The notes: generated by a model from the letters alone, not told the origin. 36,605 nucleotides of DNA from Pseudomonadota bacterium (GCA_043718025.1 JAYSWN010000066.1:1-36605); one strand, 5' to 3'. Positions 27,698 to 36,387 are shown, counted from the stretch's first letter. Program-made: numbers and translations.

Positions 27698-27865
27698 CGC
27701 TTTCCTCACTTCCCCAATTAGCTATCGGAAAAAAAGGCAAAAATCTTAATAGGAACGTTGGGTTACCCCTAACCCTAATGCGCAAGAATATGCTCTAATT
27801 GTAGCACGGCGCGTTAGGCGGAGGGCTAAAAAAGGTTGCTCCAGTCAATGGTAAATCTTAATGAA

Positions 27866-27878
27866 ATTCAAACACTTA
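27866..27878 (+). promoter_or_regulatory. Possible IHF site
   Basis: ATTCAAACACTTA differs at one position from WATCAANNNNTTR, in AT-rich intergenic DNA. Confidence 0.35.
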
Positions 27879-27929
27879 TATGACAAAAAGGGCGCTGTTA
27901 AAGTTCGCGAGAACTGATATGATTTAGCT

Positions 27930-28096
27930 TAAGTGGCCGCATAGCAAATGGGTCCGAGGCGCTAAATGCGCTGTGAAGGGGGTGGTACGATGGTTGGTTT
28001 ACCTAGTACGGAGGTGAGACCGGTTTAGGTCTCTCCTCCTAATCTATCGATTAGAGAACCCCCTTTTGCTCACAAGGTAAGAGGGGGTTCTTTTTT
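27930..28096 (+). ncRNA. Candidate structured small RNA (three hairpins ending in an intrinsic terminator)
   Basis: Extended -10 TGaTATGAT at 27915-27923; hairpins at 28010-28039 and 28039-28054; terminator 28055-28096 on a strand carrying no sizeable protein gene. Confidence 0.5.
28055..28096 (+). terminator. Rho-independent terminator (plus strand; may also serve lysC)
   Basis: Stem AGAACCCCCT/AGGGGGTTCT, extendable by G-U pairs, running into TTTTTT. Confidence 0.75.
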
Positions 28097-29335
28097 GCCG
28101 TGGGCTAAATCCAAAGCATCGGCCGCAATTCCCTTAGACCCGCCTTCAATAAAAGCCTGATGAAGCGCTTTCACTCCCACTTCTTTTTCTGTCTCGTCCA
28201 CGACTACCGTAAGTGAGAGTGCGCTGCGGGCGATGAGCCGCGGAGTCACGTTGGCATTCTCTAATGCCCCCAAAAATTGCGGTAAGAGGTCGGGGCAAGA
28301 TCCCAATCCGTCACCCACCGCCGAAATCAGCGCACAGTCCAATTCCGAAACTACGAGGTTACCGCTTTCGTTTAACTGCCGTTTTAGAATTTGGGCGCGA
28401 GTACGATCGCAAACAAACGAAATGCGATCTTTTTCTTGGTGCCAAACTTTGAGCACCACCCGCATTTTTTGCGCGTGTTCCAAAACTGACGTGGCGCTTC
28501 CGCTCACTTCAAAAAGGGTGTGCTCGCCTAAGGAGGCGATGCCTTTTATTTTTACGTTTTCCACGGGGCGATTGTCCTTTTTATCGTCGGTAATCCAGGT
28601 TCCTAACGCGGCGTCGGGCGTGACCATTTTTGAACTGGGGCCAATCCATACGGGCACTTGAAATCGTCGTGCCACTTCCAAACTTCGGGGATGCATCTTA
28701 GCACCTAGGGTGGCGAGCTCTAAGCCTTCGTCGTAAGAACAGTGCGAAATGAGGTGAGCCGCTTTTACAATCCGCGGGTCTGCGGTGAATAGGCCATCTA
28801 CGTCCGTCAAAATTTCGCAATATTCTGCTTTTAATACCGCCGCAAGCGCAATGGCGGTGGTGTCGGAACCGCCACGACCCAAGGTGGTGATCTCTTTGTT
28901 TTCGCTCACTCCCTGAAAGCCGGCGATGATCACCACTTTTCCCTTCGCCAGCTCTTCTTGCGCGCGAAAGGGCTTAATTGTTTTGATGCGCGCGCTCAGG
29001 TGATCGGAAGTGGTGATAATTCCCGATTGAGAGCCCGTGAACGAAATTGCCGGAACCCCCTCGGCTTCGAGCGCCATCGCCAAGAGCGACATTGAAATTC
29101 GCTCGCCGGTAGAGAGCAGCATGTCCATTTCCCGCTGCGCCGGCTGCTTTACCGTGCGATGCGCTAAACGAATCAAATGATCGGTCATATTGCCCATCGC
29201 GCTGGCAACTACCACCACTTGTTTTCCCGACTCGCGAACTTTTCTGATGCGCTGAGCGGCGCGCTGAATATGGGCTGGGGTAGCAAGACTAGAACCCCCA
29301 TATTTTTGAACAATTAGCGGCGACGTGTGCGGCAT
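28070..29335 (-). CDS. lysC: Aspartate kinase
   Basis: IVQKYGGSS, VVVASAMG, GFQG...TTLGRGGSDTTA, TDVDGLFTADPR; degenerate C-terminal ACT domains. Confidence 0.95.
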   Translation of the reverse strand: MPHTSPLIVQKYGGSSLATPAHIQRAAQRIRKVRESGKQVVVVASAMGNMTDHLIRLAHRTVKQPAQREMDMLLSTGERISMSLLAMALEAEGVPAISFTGSQSGIITTSDHLSARIKTIKPFRAQEELAKGKVVIIAGFQGVSENKEITTLGRGGSDTTAIALAAVLKAEYCEILTDVDGLFTADPRIVKAAHLISHCSYDEGLELATLGAKMHPRSLEVARRFQVPVWIGPSSKMVTPDAALGTWITDDKKDNRPVENVKIKGIASLGEHTLFEVSGSATSVLEHAQKMRVVLKVWHQEKDRISFVCDRTRAQILKRQLNESGNLVVSELDCALISAVGDGLGSCPDLLPQFLGALENANVTPRLIARSALSLTVVVDETEKEVGVKALHQAFIEGGSKGIAADALDLAHGKKEPPLTL

Positions 29336-29411
29336 TAGTGAGGTGATAACACCTAATGCGATAAGTGCAAGACCCACCGTGGGCTTAGGGGTCTAAGGCT
29401 GTCCAAAGCGC

Positions 29412-29450
29412 AAAAAAAAGCCCGGAAGCTCTAACCGAACTTCCGGGCTT
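29412..29450 (-). terminator. Rho-independent terminator
   Basis: Stem AAGCCCGGAAG/CTTCCGGGCTT followed by T8 on the minus strand, just downstream of the stop at 29469. Confidence 0.9.
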
Positions 29451-29468
29451 AAAGAACCATTAAGCTGG

Positions 29469-30317
29469 TTACTGTAACTGAACGATCAGCTTCTGCATTT
29501 CAGCCGAATTTAGTAAATTTGCCGGAACATTTCTTACCAAATACCGCGCCATCGATCTTCCTGAGTTGCGAAGTTCGTCGGGGGTTACTTTGATTTGAAC
29601 CGCTTCCAACGTGGTTACATTAGTGTCGGGATCGAGCACTTCGGTGAGGTTATCAATCTTGAAGTCCATCCGATCTACAAAATCATAGAGCGCGATCTGC
29701 TTCATGAGATTGTAGTAATCAACGGCCGCGCTCACCAGACTGAGATTTAGTTCACCAGAACGGGCACGATTGATCGTAGGCTCAAACATGTAGTCACGAA
29801 TGAACTCAAAACGACTGGCGGCCAGTGCATAGGCCGTTCCTTCGTAGCGCCCCTTCTCAGCCACTTGAGTTTTTATGATTTCATTGAACTTTGCTTGCGG
29901 AGTGAACGCCGCAATGGCGGCCGCAGCGGTTCGACTAATCTGGCGGCTCTTCAGCCGAGCCTCTACCGCGTTGGGTTTGTCTTTGGTGCTCGTTCCTCCG
30001 TGTACGGCATCGATCCAGAACGTGTGAAACGTTTCCAGAATCTCGTGCGCCGTCGCCTCTTCCGTAAATACGAAAGCCGGAGGCATCATGCGCGCCGGTG
30101 GGACCAGCTGTTCTGTATTTTCCGTTGCCGTCATCTGCTGCAGCGCGACGGTTAGTACCTGCAGATGAATGGCATTGTTGGTTTTAGTCATGCCGGCATT
30201 CAACTTTATAGTCTCCTGCTTCATGTCATCCGTTGTGCCGACCATTTTTTCTAAATTGCGGATGGGCCCGCACGAGGCGAGCCCGATCATTACTAACAAA
30301 GCGGTAAATAGTCTCAT
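29469..30317 (-). CDS. Helical lipoprotein of unknown function (282 aa)
   Basis: Lipobox LASC; AAGGAG RBS; 3 bp from the upstream gene. Confidence 0.85.
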   Translation of the reverse strand: MRLFTALLVMIGLASCGPIRNLEKMVGTTDDMKQETIKLNAGMTKTNNAIHLQVLTVALQQMTATENTEQLVPPARMMPPAFVFTEEATAHEILETFHTFWIDAVHGGTSTKDKPNAVEARLKSRQISRTAAAAIAAFTPQAKFNEIIKTQVAEKGRYEGTAYALAASRFEFIRDYMFEPTINRARSGELNLSLVSAAVDYYNLMKQIALYDFVDRMDFKIDNLTEVLDPDTNVTTLEAVQIKVTPDELRNSGRSMARYLVRNVPANLLNSAEMQKLIVQLQ

Positions 30318-30320
30318 CCG

Positions 30321-30956
30321 TTACTCCTTACCGACGAGAAGCTTTTGTACTTCAAGCATCCGGCTATCGCCTTTGCCAAACCAGATTTTCCAAAAATTCA
30401 GCGAAAGGTCTTTGCCTTTTGACGAAATGGTTTTTCCGCCGACTTCGATAAACAGCTGATCACCATCTTTAGTCGGATAGCCAATCAAAGTGATGGTATC
30501 ACCAGCTTTTACCGCGGAATTCCATTGCGCGAAGACCGCTTTAACTTCGTCAGCTTTTAAGTCGACGCCGTTCATATCCAACGAACCTTCAAATGATTCT
30601 ATAATTTCTGCAGCCGTAAGTCCGCGTAACATCGTGAGACGAAGTACTTTTGCTTTTTGTCCACTCAAGCCCGTGATCGGATCTTTGGCGCGTTGAAGAG
30701 ACAAAACATCATCGACGTAACTGGCGGCAACATAGACGTCGACTGTGATTACAGCGGCCTTTGTTTTCTTACGAATCCCTTCGCCACTCTTTTTGAGCGT
30801 GAGTTCTTTTTTTTCTTCGCCTTCGCCAACGCTAATCTTCGCTTCAGAAAAGACTTCGACTCCTGAGAGTTTCTTGGATTTTCCTTCGAACTTCACTAGC
30901 GAGTCGGCCGCCTGGGCAATTGAGCCCGCCAAAAGTAGAGCAATAAATAGTTTCAT
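30321..30956 (-). CDS. Secreted chalcone-isomerase-like (CHI-fold, probably lipid-binding) protein
   Basis: Signal peptide; GEGIRKK...VDVYVAASY, LRLTMLR and FWKIWFG motifs; GGAGG RBS before ATG 30956. Confidence 0.85.
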   Translation of the reverse strand: MKLFIALLLAGSIAQAADSLVKFEGKSKKLSGVEVFSEAKISVGEGEEKKELTLKKSGEGIRKKTKAAVITVDVYVAASYVDDVLSLQRAKDPITGLSGQKAKVLRLTMLRGLTAAEIIESFEGSLDMNGVDLKADEVKAVFAQWNSAVKAGDTITLIGYPTKDGDQLFIEVGGKTISSKGKDLSLNFWKIWFGKGDSRMLEVQKLLVGKE

Positions 30957-31077
30957 GGGTTGTCCTCCGTGCTTTCGGTTATTGCCGTTTGCGCAGGGTG
31001 TCAAAGTCTAAAGCGAGAGGGCCCCTCAAACCAGCAAAGCGAAATGCCGATAAGAAAATGAGAGAGCAAGCAGGGGC

Positions 31078-31680
31078 ATGGGCCAAACCAGCCAGGCCAG
31101 ACCTAAACATATGAAATTATTTAATTCTTTGCAAGATGAACAGGCGTGGGTGAGGTCGCAAGTGCGATCGGCCCAACGTGGTAATGAAACCGCGTATCTC
31201 GAGTTGGTTGAGCTCGTACAGCCGCGACTTTTTAGCTTTGCCCTTTGCCTGACTGGTCACTACGAGGAGGCCGGGCGGCTGCTCACCGAAACCTTCGTGC
31301 TGGGGCTGCGTAATTTATCGTGGCTCACGATTGAAACCGAACCCTTTGAATGGTTTTTGCGTTTGTTGTCGCAGGAGTTCGAGCGTGGGCTCTCCGCCCA
31401 GCCCGAAGTTATCGAGGCGCGACCCGTAGTAGACGACACCGAAACTCAAGCCTTTTTCGGCGCCTTGATGCAGCTCACGCCGCGCGAGCGGCAGGTGCTT
31501 TTGATGATCGATTCTGAGGGGCTGTCTTTAGAGCTCGCCGCTGAAGTGGGCGGCCGGAGCGTTAGAGAGGTTTGCTATTTGCTTGAGCAGGCCCGTTCTC
31601 AATTTTTGACCGTCTACGAATACAAGCTCGCCTTATTTGGTGGAGCAGGCCCCATTCTGGAGAACTCTCATGATCGTTAA
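31078..31680 (+). CDS. ECF-type sigma-70 factor, divergent
   Basis: AQRGNETAYLELV...LFSFALCLTG (region 2); LMQLTPRERQVLLMIDSEGLSLELAAEV (region 4). Start may be 31111. Confidence 0.8.
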   Translation: MGQTSQARPKHMKLFNSLQDEQAWVRSQVRSAQRGNETAYLELVELVQPRLFSFALCLTGHYEEAGRLLTETFVLGLRNLSWLTIETEPFEWFLRLLSQEFERGLSAQPEVIEARPVVDDTETQAFFGALMQLTPRERQVLLMIDSEGLSLELAAEVGGRSVREVCYLLEQARSQFLTVYEYKLALFGGAGPILENSHDR

Positions 31681-32359
31681 GCGAGCTAAAATCGTTGAAT
31701 CCCCCTTTTTGCGCGCCGACCTGAGCCGGCAAATTATTTCGCAGAACAAACAAAAGCTCTTAGTGGCGCCGGTTTTTTTGAAAGACGGTCTGCTTACTGA
31801 GATTCGCGACCGTAAAAAACGCCGCCGCGTCAGCCTGCGAAGATGGGTATCGTGGACCAGCGCAGTTGGTTTTGGTGCCTTTGTTTTAGTGGTAAGCCTA
31901 AGGCAGTCGGGCCTCGAAGTGCCGTTAAATATTTCGGTGGCGTTGGAAGTGCCGGTGCCCAAAGTAAATGACCAAAAAGTGGTGGCGGCCAGTCTCCTCC
32001 TCAGCGATGGAGTGGTGTTTCCTTCGCTAAGCCCCGGCAGTCAGCTCGGCAATAAAGCCCAGGTGACTATTGCGGAGGGGAAAACCAATTTAACCATCCC
32101 CGTGCTACCGTTAATGAGCGGTCACCATTTTGTGAGCGTCGATTTTTTTCGTGCCGATGGCGTCTTGGTCGCCAGCCGGATTCTAGATTTGAAAACCACT
32201 TCGGGCGGTCGGGCGCCTCGCTCTGAGCCCATTGCGAAAGTGAAATCTTCACTTCATGCCTTTGCGCTGCTGCTTCGTCCGACGTTATTCACAACCAAAG
32301 TCATCGCCCTTAGCGACGACGCCAACCGTGAGTTTCGCAGCGCGGTTACCAACCGTTAA
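31670..32359 (+). CDS. Putative anti-sigma factor (basic cytoplasmic N-terminus, one TM, periplasmic beta domain)
   Basis: Overlaps the 3' end of the sigma gene; single TM WTSAVGFGAFVLVVSL. Confidence 0.6.
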   Translation: MIVKRAKIVESPFLRADLSRQIISQNKQKLLVAPVFLKDGLLTEIRDRKKRRRVSLRRWVSWTSAVGFGAFVLVVSLRQSGLEVPLNISVALEVPVPKVNDQKVVAASLLLSDGVVFPSLSPGSQLGNKAQVTIAEGKTNLTIPVLPLMSGHHFVSVDFFRADGVLVASRILDLKTTSGGRAPRSEPIAKVKSSLHAFALLLRPTLFTTKVIALSDDANREFRSAVTNR

Positions 32360-34064
32360 AATTCACCAACATTGACTGGTCAAACTCTTCGCCCATTTCG
32401 AAGAGTTCTCGGTGGCAACTGGCCTCCCCCGGCTTTTTCAGGAAGTTGCGCCAGTCGCGATTGGCCGGCTTATGTCCAAAGAAATCGAAATTTGCCTTCA
32501 TTCTGCGAAGCGATAGATCTGCTGGGGTCACCACTTGGTCGATGGGCATCAACGCCACTTGGGTTTCCCTTAACACCAGAGCCGTGCCGAACTGATCGTC
32601 ACGAAGCAGATGGGCTCCGCGTTCGTCTTCAGCAATACCGGGAGGGTGAAATACAAATCGAACCGCCTCGTTGTCTTGTCGTTTTTTGAGGGCCTGTTTC
32701 ACATCGCTTAAACGTCGGATTGGGTAGGTTTGGCCCCCAAACTGGAGTTCGGTAATCGCCGAACCGGGAGGCAGGCTGCCCATCTCTTCGGCCTGCGAAA
32801 AAGGAATGATCTGCCCTACTCTCACCCGCGTTTGATCGCCGGTCACGGCCCAGGCCACGTCTGGGGCCACTTCGACCAACAGCAGGCCACCGGCCATCAC
32901 AAAGTCCACTTGCCGCCGCAACGCTGAGATCTTTAGGCTGACCACGGGAACTTTGATGTTGATCAACTTTCCGTTGCGAATGATGGCCGCCTCTACCGAA
33001 TCGTTGGCTTCGTGGATCACTCGATCCATCAACGAGCTTAAAAGGCCAAACACAGTGCCATTCAAGGCCAAAATAAGGTCGCCAGACTTAAGGCCGGAGC
33101 TTTCGGCCGCCTCTGCCACCATAATCAACCCCTCATGTTCGTCGAAAAAATCGGGATAGGCTTGGGTGATTACCTTGTCTAGGTTCTCAATCTTGAGAAA
33201 GTTTGAAGAGTAGAAAGTGTAGCGTGCCATTAGGCTTCGCCTGAAACCCAGTTCTCGGTTCTCATTCCAAGCCATAAAATCATAGATCACCTGATCGATG
33301 GGAATCACGTATCCGGTGTTGTCGGCACCCATGATTTTGGCGGAATTAATGCCGATGACGTGGCCGGTTTTCATATCGATGAGCGGGCCACCCGAGTTGC
33401 CGGGATTGATGGCGGCGCTGGTTTGAATAAAGGCTCCGCGCTCTTTATCGATGTGAAACCCTGAGACGACGCCAATCGTCGCCACGTTTTCCGTTTCAAG
33501 CGGGTGACCAAACGCCAAGACTTCGGAACCCTTTCGGACCACTTTAACTAAGTCTTTGGTGTCGGTTAAGGTGGCAACCCGCAGGCCGGCCCGGGCTCGT
33601 TTGAGTTTGCGCGGATCGAATTTAAGGACGGCAAAATCCATTAGCGGGCTTTTGTAAACCAACTGGACTTCAATGGCCTCGGGATTGCCCGATCCGGTGG
33701 AGAATTGAGCCACCAGCTTCTGTGCCTCTAACGGCCCAACGCTGACGACGTGTTCGTTGGTGAAAATGAGCCCTTCTTCTTCGGAAAGCGACACGATGAA
33801 ACCGGTGCCGTGCGATCTCTCGATATCCGGAGCAAATAGATTTGAATTTATGTTGAGCACTTTCACCGAGAAACGTTCGGCCTGTTCGGCTCGACTAATC
33901 TGATCGCTGGCCTCAGCCCGCGGGGGGCGAGTTGGTCGACGGGGCCTGGCGGTGACGGCAGTTGCCTTAATCACCTTTTCATCCTCCCCGGCACCAGCGT
34001 AACGGGGGGCCGCCAGCGCTAGAAAAATGGCTAAGAACACGTGCAACCGAACTGATGAGACCAC
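32346..34064 (-). CDS. Exported trypsin-like (HtrA/DegP family) serine protease with PDZ-like domains
   Basis: Signal peptide; catalytic triad motifs TNEHVV, DFAVLK and AINPGNSGGP; GLKSGDLILALNG PDZ motif. Confidence 0.93.
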   Translation of the reverse strand: MVSSVRLHVFLAIFLALAAPRYAGAGEDEKVIKATAVTARPRRPTRPPRAEASDQISRAEQAERFSVKVLNINSNLFAPDIERSHGTGFIVSLSEEEGLIFTNEHVVSVGPLEAQKLVAQFSTGSGNPEAIEVQLVYKSPLMDFAVLKFDPRKLKRARAGLRVATLTDTKDLVKVVRKGSEVLAFGHPLETENVATIGVVSGFHIDKERGAFIQTSAAINPGNSGGPLIDMKTGHVIGINSAKIMGADNTGYVIPIDQVIYDFMAWNENRELGFRRSLMARYTFYSSNFLKIENLDKVITQAYPDFFDEHEGLIMVAEAAESSGLKSGDLILALNGTVFGLLSSLMDRVIHEANDSVEAAIIRNGKLINIKVPVVSLKISALRRQVDFVMAGGLLLVEVAPDVAWAVTGDQTRVRVGQIIPFSQAEEMGSLPPGSAITELQFGGQTYPIRRLSDVKQALKKRQDNEAVRFVFHPPGIAEDERGAHLLRDDQFGTALVLRETQVALMPIDQVVTPADLSLRRMKANFDFFGHKPANRDWRNFLKKPGEASCHRELFEMGEEFDQSMLVNFNGW

Positions 34065-34150
34065 CTGGATGACTCCCGCCGCAAATTGAAGGTTTGGTCT
34101 TTCGGTCTAAAGCACGCCGCGTTAACTTTCTAGTTGGTTATGGCTTAGCG

Positions 34151-34546
34151 TTAACAATTGATTTCTACCGGCCTCTTTTCAAGCTTCCGAAAGTTGGCCA
34201 GCGCATCGATTAGCGATTGGCCAAAGGCTTCCAGTTTCTTCGCGCCGATGCCGTGAATGAGGACAAGTTCGGCCAGCGTATTGGGATCACGAGCGGCAAT
34301 TTCCACCAGCGTGCGATTTGAGAAAAGGCGGCAGTGCCGAACTCCTTCCACCTTCGCGCGCGCATCCCTCCATCCTTTGAGAAAATGCTCGCGCGGGGTC
34401 AGCGCCTTTTGGGGGGAAGGATAAAAACAACTGACTTTATGTCGCTCAAAAATTTCGGCCACCGCGAACGCGATCTCTAATTGCATCTCGTCTAGAGAAG
34501 TTTGGGCGGGCGTGGACCTTGCGGCGTAGGGCGAGTGATGTGGCAT
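34151..34546 (-). CDS. Stand-alone HRDC-domain protein
   Basis: LKGWRDARAK...FSNRTLVEIAARDPNTLAELVLIHGIGAKKLEAFG; AAGGAG RBS. Confidence 0.88.
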   Translation of the reverse strand: MPHHSPYAARSTPAQTSLDEMQLEIAFAVAEIFERHKVSCFYPSPQKALTPREHFLKGWRDARAKVEGVRHCRLFSNRTLVEIAARDPNTLAELVLIHGIGAKKLEAFGQSLIDALANFRKLEKRPVEINC

Positions 34547-34820
34547 GTTCTTGACTCCTTTTTTTTAAGACAAGTTTATGAGTGGACTCGCCAATTCTGG
34601 CAATGACCGGCGGAGAGCGCGCCAGGGCCCTCAGGATCCTTTATGACGGCGAGTGAAACGGGGGGCGGGGCGTGGATGCTCCCAGAGTACGCCCCAGGTT
34701 TAGAAAAGAGAATTGAGCAACCCGCCAGGTATTTACCCCGGCGGTTGCCAATTTTTGTCGGTGGGCAAAAGCGTCGGCCTCAGTCAGCCGAAAGAACCGA
34801 GGGAATACGGCAATAAGCGG

Positions 34821-34836
34821 TGGCACCGGCCTTGCT
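34821..34836 (+). promoter_or_regulatory. Sigma-54 promoter
   Basis: TGGCAC-CGGCC-TTGCT, perfect consensus, 27 bp upstream of ATG 34864. Confidence 0.8.
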
Positions 34837-34863
34837 CCAATAGACGCGCAAGTAAGGCTAAAC

Positions 34864-35727
34864 ATGGAAATCAAAGAACGTAGTTACGAAGAGACCGATC
34901 GCAGTGATCGCTGGGTACGCAATTTTTCGGTTCGCACCGATCCTTGGGTGATGATCGAACATTGGGCCAGCGAGCAGAACTATCGCATGATTGCCATGAA
35001 GGGCTCATCACGTCGCCTGTACGTGAAAAATCACGACGCCAAATGGCTTTCGCAATACGTGGATGTGCGAGTTACCGGCGACAACTCCCGAGTTCAAATC
35101 GTGGGCTGGATGATGCCCGGGTGGGCGGCTAAACTGGCATCGCTCTATCGTCTTAAAGTCCCGGTGAATCTATTTGAGGCGGGTTGGATTGGAAAACGGC
35201 TGCGCCGGCATTTTACCTTAGAGCTTAATATTCTTTTGCTGCGTTTCCGGCAGAGTGCCATTACCGGTAGCCTTGGCTTTAACTTAATGGACTTGCGTCC
35301 CGAAACCTTTGCTTTTTCCGCCGGTCTGATTTTGATTTCGTTGCTTTTCCCGGCTTTGTTTCTGTTGCAGATGCCAATCTCTAAAACTTGGTTGGGTTAC
35401 TCCCTTACGCAAACCCTAAACCAGTTTTTGTGGGTGGCGATTCCGGCCGGAGTAGTGGCCGCTATCCTCGCTTTGGTTTACAAATTTTCGGCGGTGCGCT
35501 GGGTTCGCGCTGCGGTGGCCGGGTTGGGTTTTGCTTTGGTGTTGGGCGTTGGCGGATACAAGTTGCATACCGATTTGGGCAAGCACGTCACCAAAGTGGC
35601 CTTCGCCAGCTGCTTCGAAAGCACCGCCGATCTCACGTGTCAAAAGTGGCTGCACAGCATTCCCGCCGACAAGCGAATGCAAGTCATTCTTCAGCTTGAT
35701 CGCCTTCGCCAAGTGGTTAGAAAGTAA
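34864..35727 (+). CDS. Membrane protein of unknown function (soluble N-domain plus three TM)
   Basis: 287-aa ORF; Trp-rich alpha/beta N-terminal half, three hydrophobic helices, C-terminal Cys pair. Confidence 0.8.
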   Translation: MEIKERSYEETDRSDRWVRNFSVRTDPWVMIEHWASEQNYRMIAMKGSSRRLYVKNHDAKWLSQYVDVRVTGDNSRVQIVGWMMPGWAAKLASLYRLKVPVNLFEAGWIGKRLRRHFTLELNILLLRFRQSAITGSLGFNLMDLRPETFAFSAGLILISLLFPALFLLQMPISKTWLGYSLTQTLNQFLWVAIPAGVVAAILALVYKFSAVRWVRAAVAGLGFALVLGVGGYKLHTDLGKHVTKVAFASCFESTADLTCQKWLHSIPADKRMQVILQLDRLRQVVRK

Positions 35728-35757
35728 AAAGCCCCGCTACTGAAACAGTAGCGAGGC
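35726..35757 (-). terminator. Rho-independent terminator between convergent genes
   Basis: Minus strand reads GCCTCGCTACTG-TTT-CAGTAGCGGGGC-TTTTT. Confidence 0.8.
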
Positions 35758-35806
35758 AATTCAAAATTATTAGCCCGGGAAGGGCGATTTTAACTGTGAG
35801 CGAGTA

Positions 35807-36283
35807 CTAGCAACGACGGCCACAGCGGCCGAACATGCGTCCACCACCGACGCGGACGGCAACGCCTACGCGCACTCCACCACCACCACCACAACCACCA
35901 CCGAAACGTACGCAGCTACGAACTCGCACACGGCAATGGCCGCCGAAGCCGCAACCGCGACGAGGTCCACAACCCATTTGTCCGCAAGGACCGCCAAAGG
36001 CGCGAACTCCCACTTGAACGCCCCCACCGCCATGCGGTCCGATCGGCATTGGGCACGGAGGAACCGGCCCGCCCATCGGAGGTTGCACGGGTAGAGGCAC
36101 CGGGCCGCCTACTGGGGGCTGCACCGGCAATGGTACCGGCACCGCGCCGGTTTGCGAGACGCGAATTCTCACATTAGTTTGAGTGACGGGCATCGGCGGC
36201 AACATGTTACCGAATGCATCCGTGGCAATCAGGCTCAGGCTAAGTAAGCCTAGCGTCACCTGTTTTATCGAAACTTTAGTCAT
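35807..36283 (-). CDS. Secreted Pro/Gly/Cys/Arg-rich cationic low-complexity protein (158 aa)
   Basis: AAGAGGAG upstream; signal peptide ending DAFG; its own sigma-54 promoter and terminator. Confidence 0.75.
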   Translation of the reverse strand: MTKVSIKQVTLGLLSLSLIATDAFGNMLPPMPVTQTNVRIRVSQTGAVPVPLPVQPPVGGPVPLPVQPPMGGPVPPCPMPIGPHGGGGVQVGVRAFGGPCGQMGCGPRRGCGFGGHCRVRVRSCVRFGGGCGGGGGVRVGVAVRVGGGRMFGRCGRRC

Positions 36284-36371
36284 AACCTCTGTACTCCTCT
36301 TGCAAATCAGACTTTAAAACTGCCTTCCCGTACCGACCATGCCAAAGGCGATGGTCTTTCGCAGTTCATAG

Positions 36372-36387
36372 AGCAAGGGGTATGCCA
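36372..36387 (-). promoter_or_regulatory. Sigma-54 promoter
   Basis: Minus strand reads TGGCAT-ACCCC-TTGCT, ~90 bp upstream of ATG 36283. Confidence 0.75.

Noticed and set aside
27767..27778. (TTAGGG)2 telomere-like repeat on the minus strand
   Set aside because: Two copies only; expected by chance.
27930..28096. SRP (4.5S), 6S, tRNA or c-di-GMP riboswitch identity for the structured intergenic region
   Set aside because: No SRP domain IV motif, cloverleaf or GEMM consensus seen, and the ends do not pair as in 6S. Left as an unclassified candidate.
29336..29411. Lysine riboswitch upstream of lysC
   Set aside because: Only ~75 nt lie between the upstream terminator and the start codon, too short, and no recognisable aptamer.
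31033..31049. Sigma-54-like motif CGGCAT...TTGCT upstream of the CHI-like gene
   Set aside because: GG-to-GC spacing is 11 rather than the required 10.
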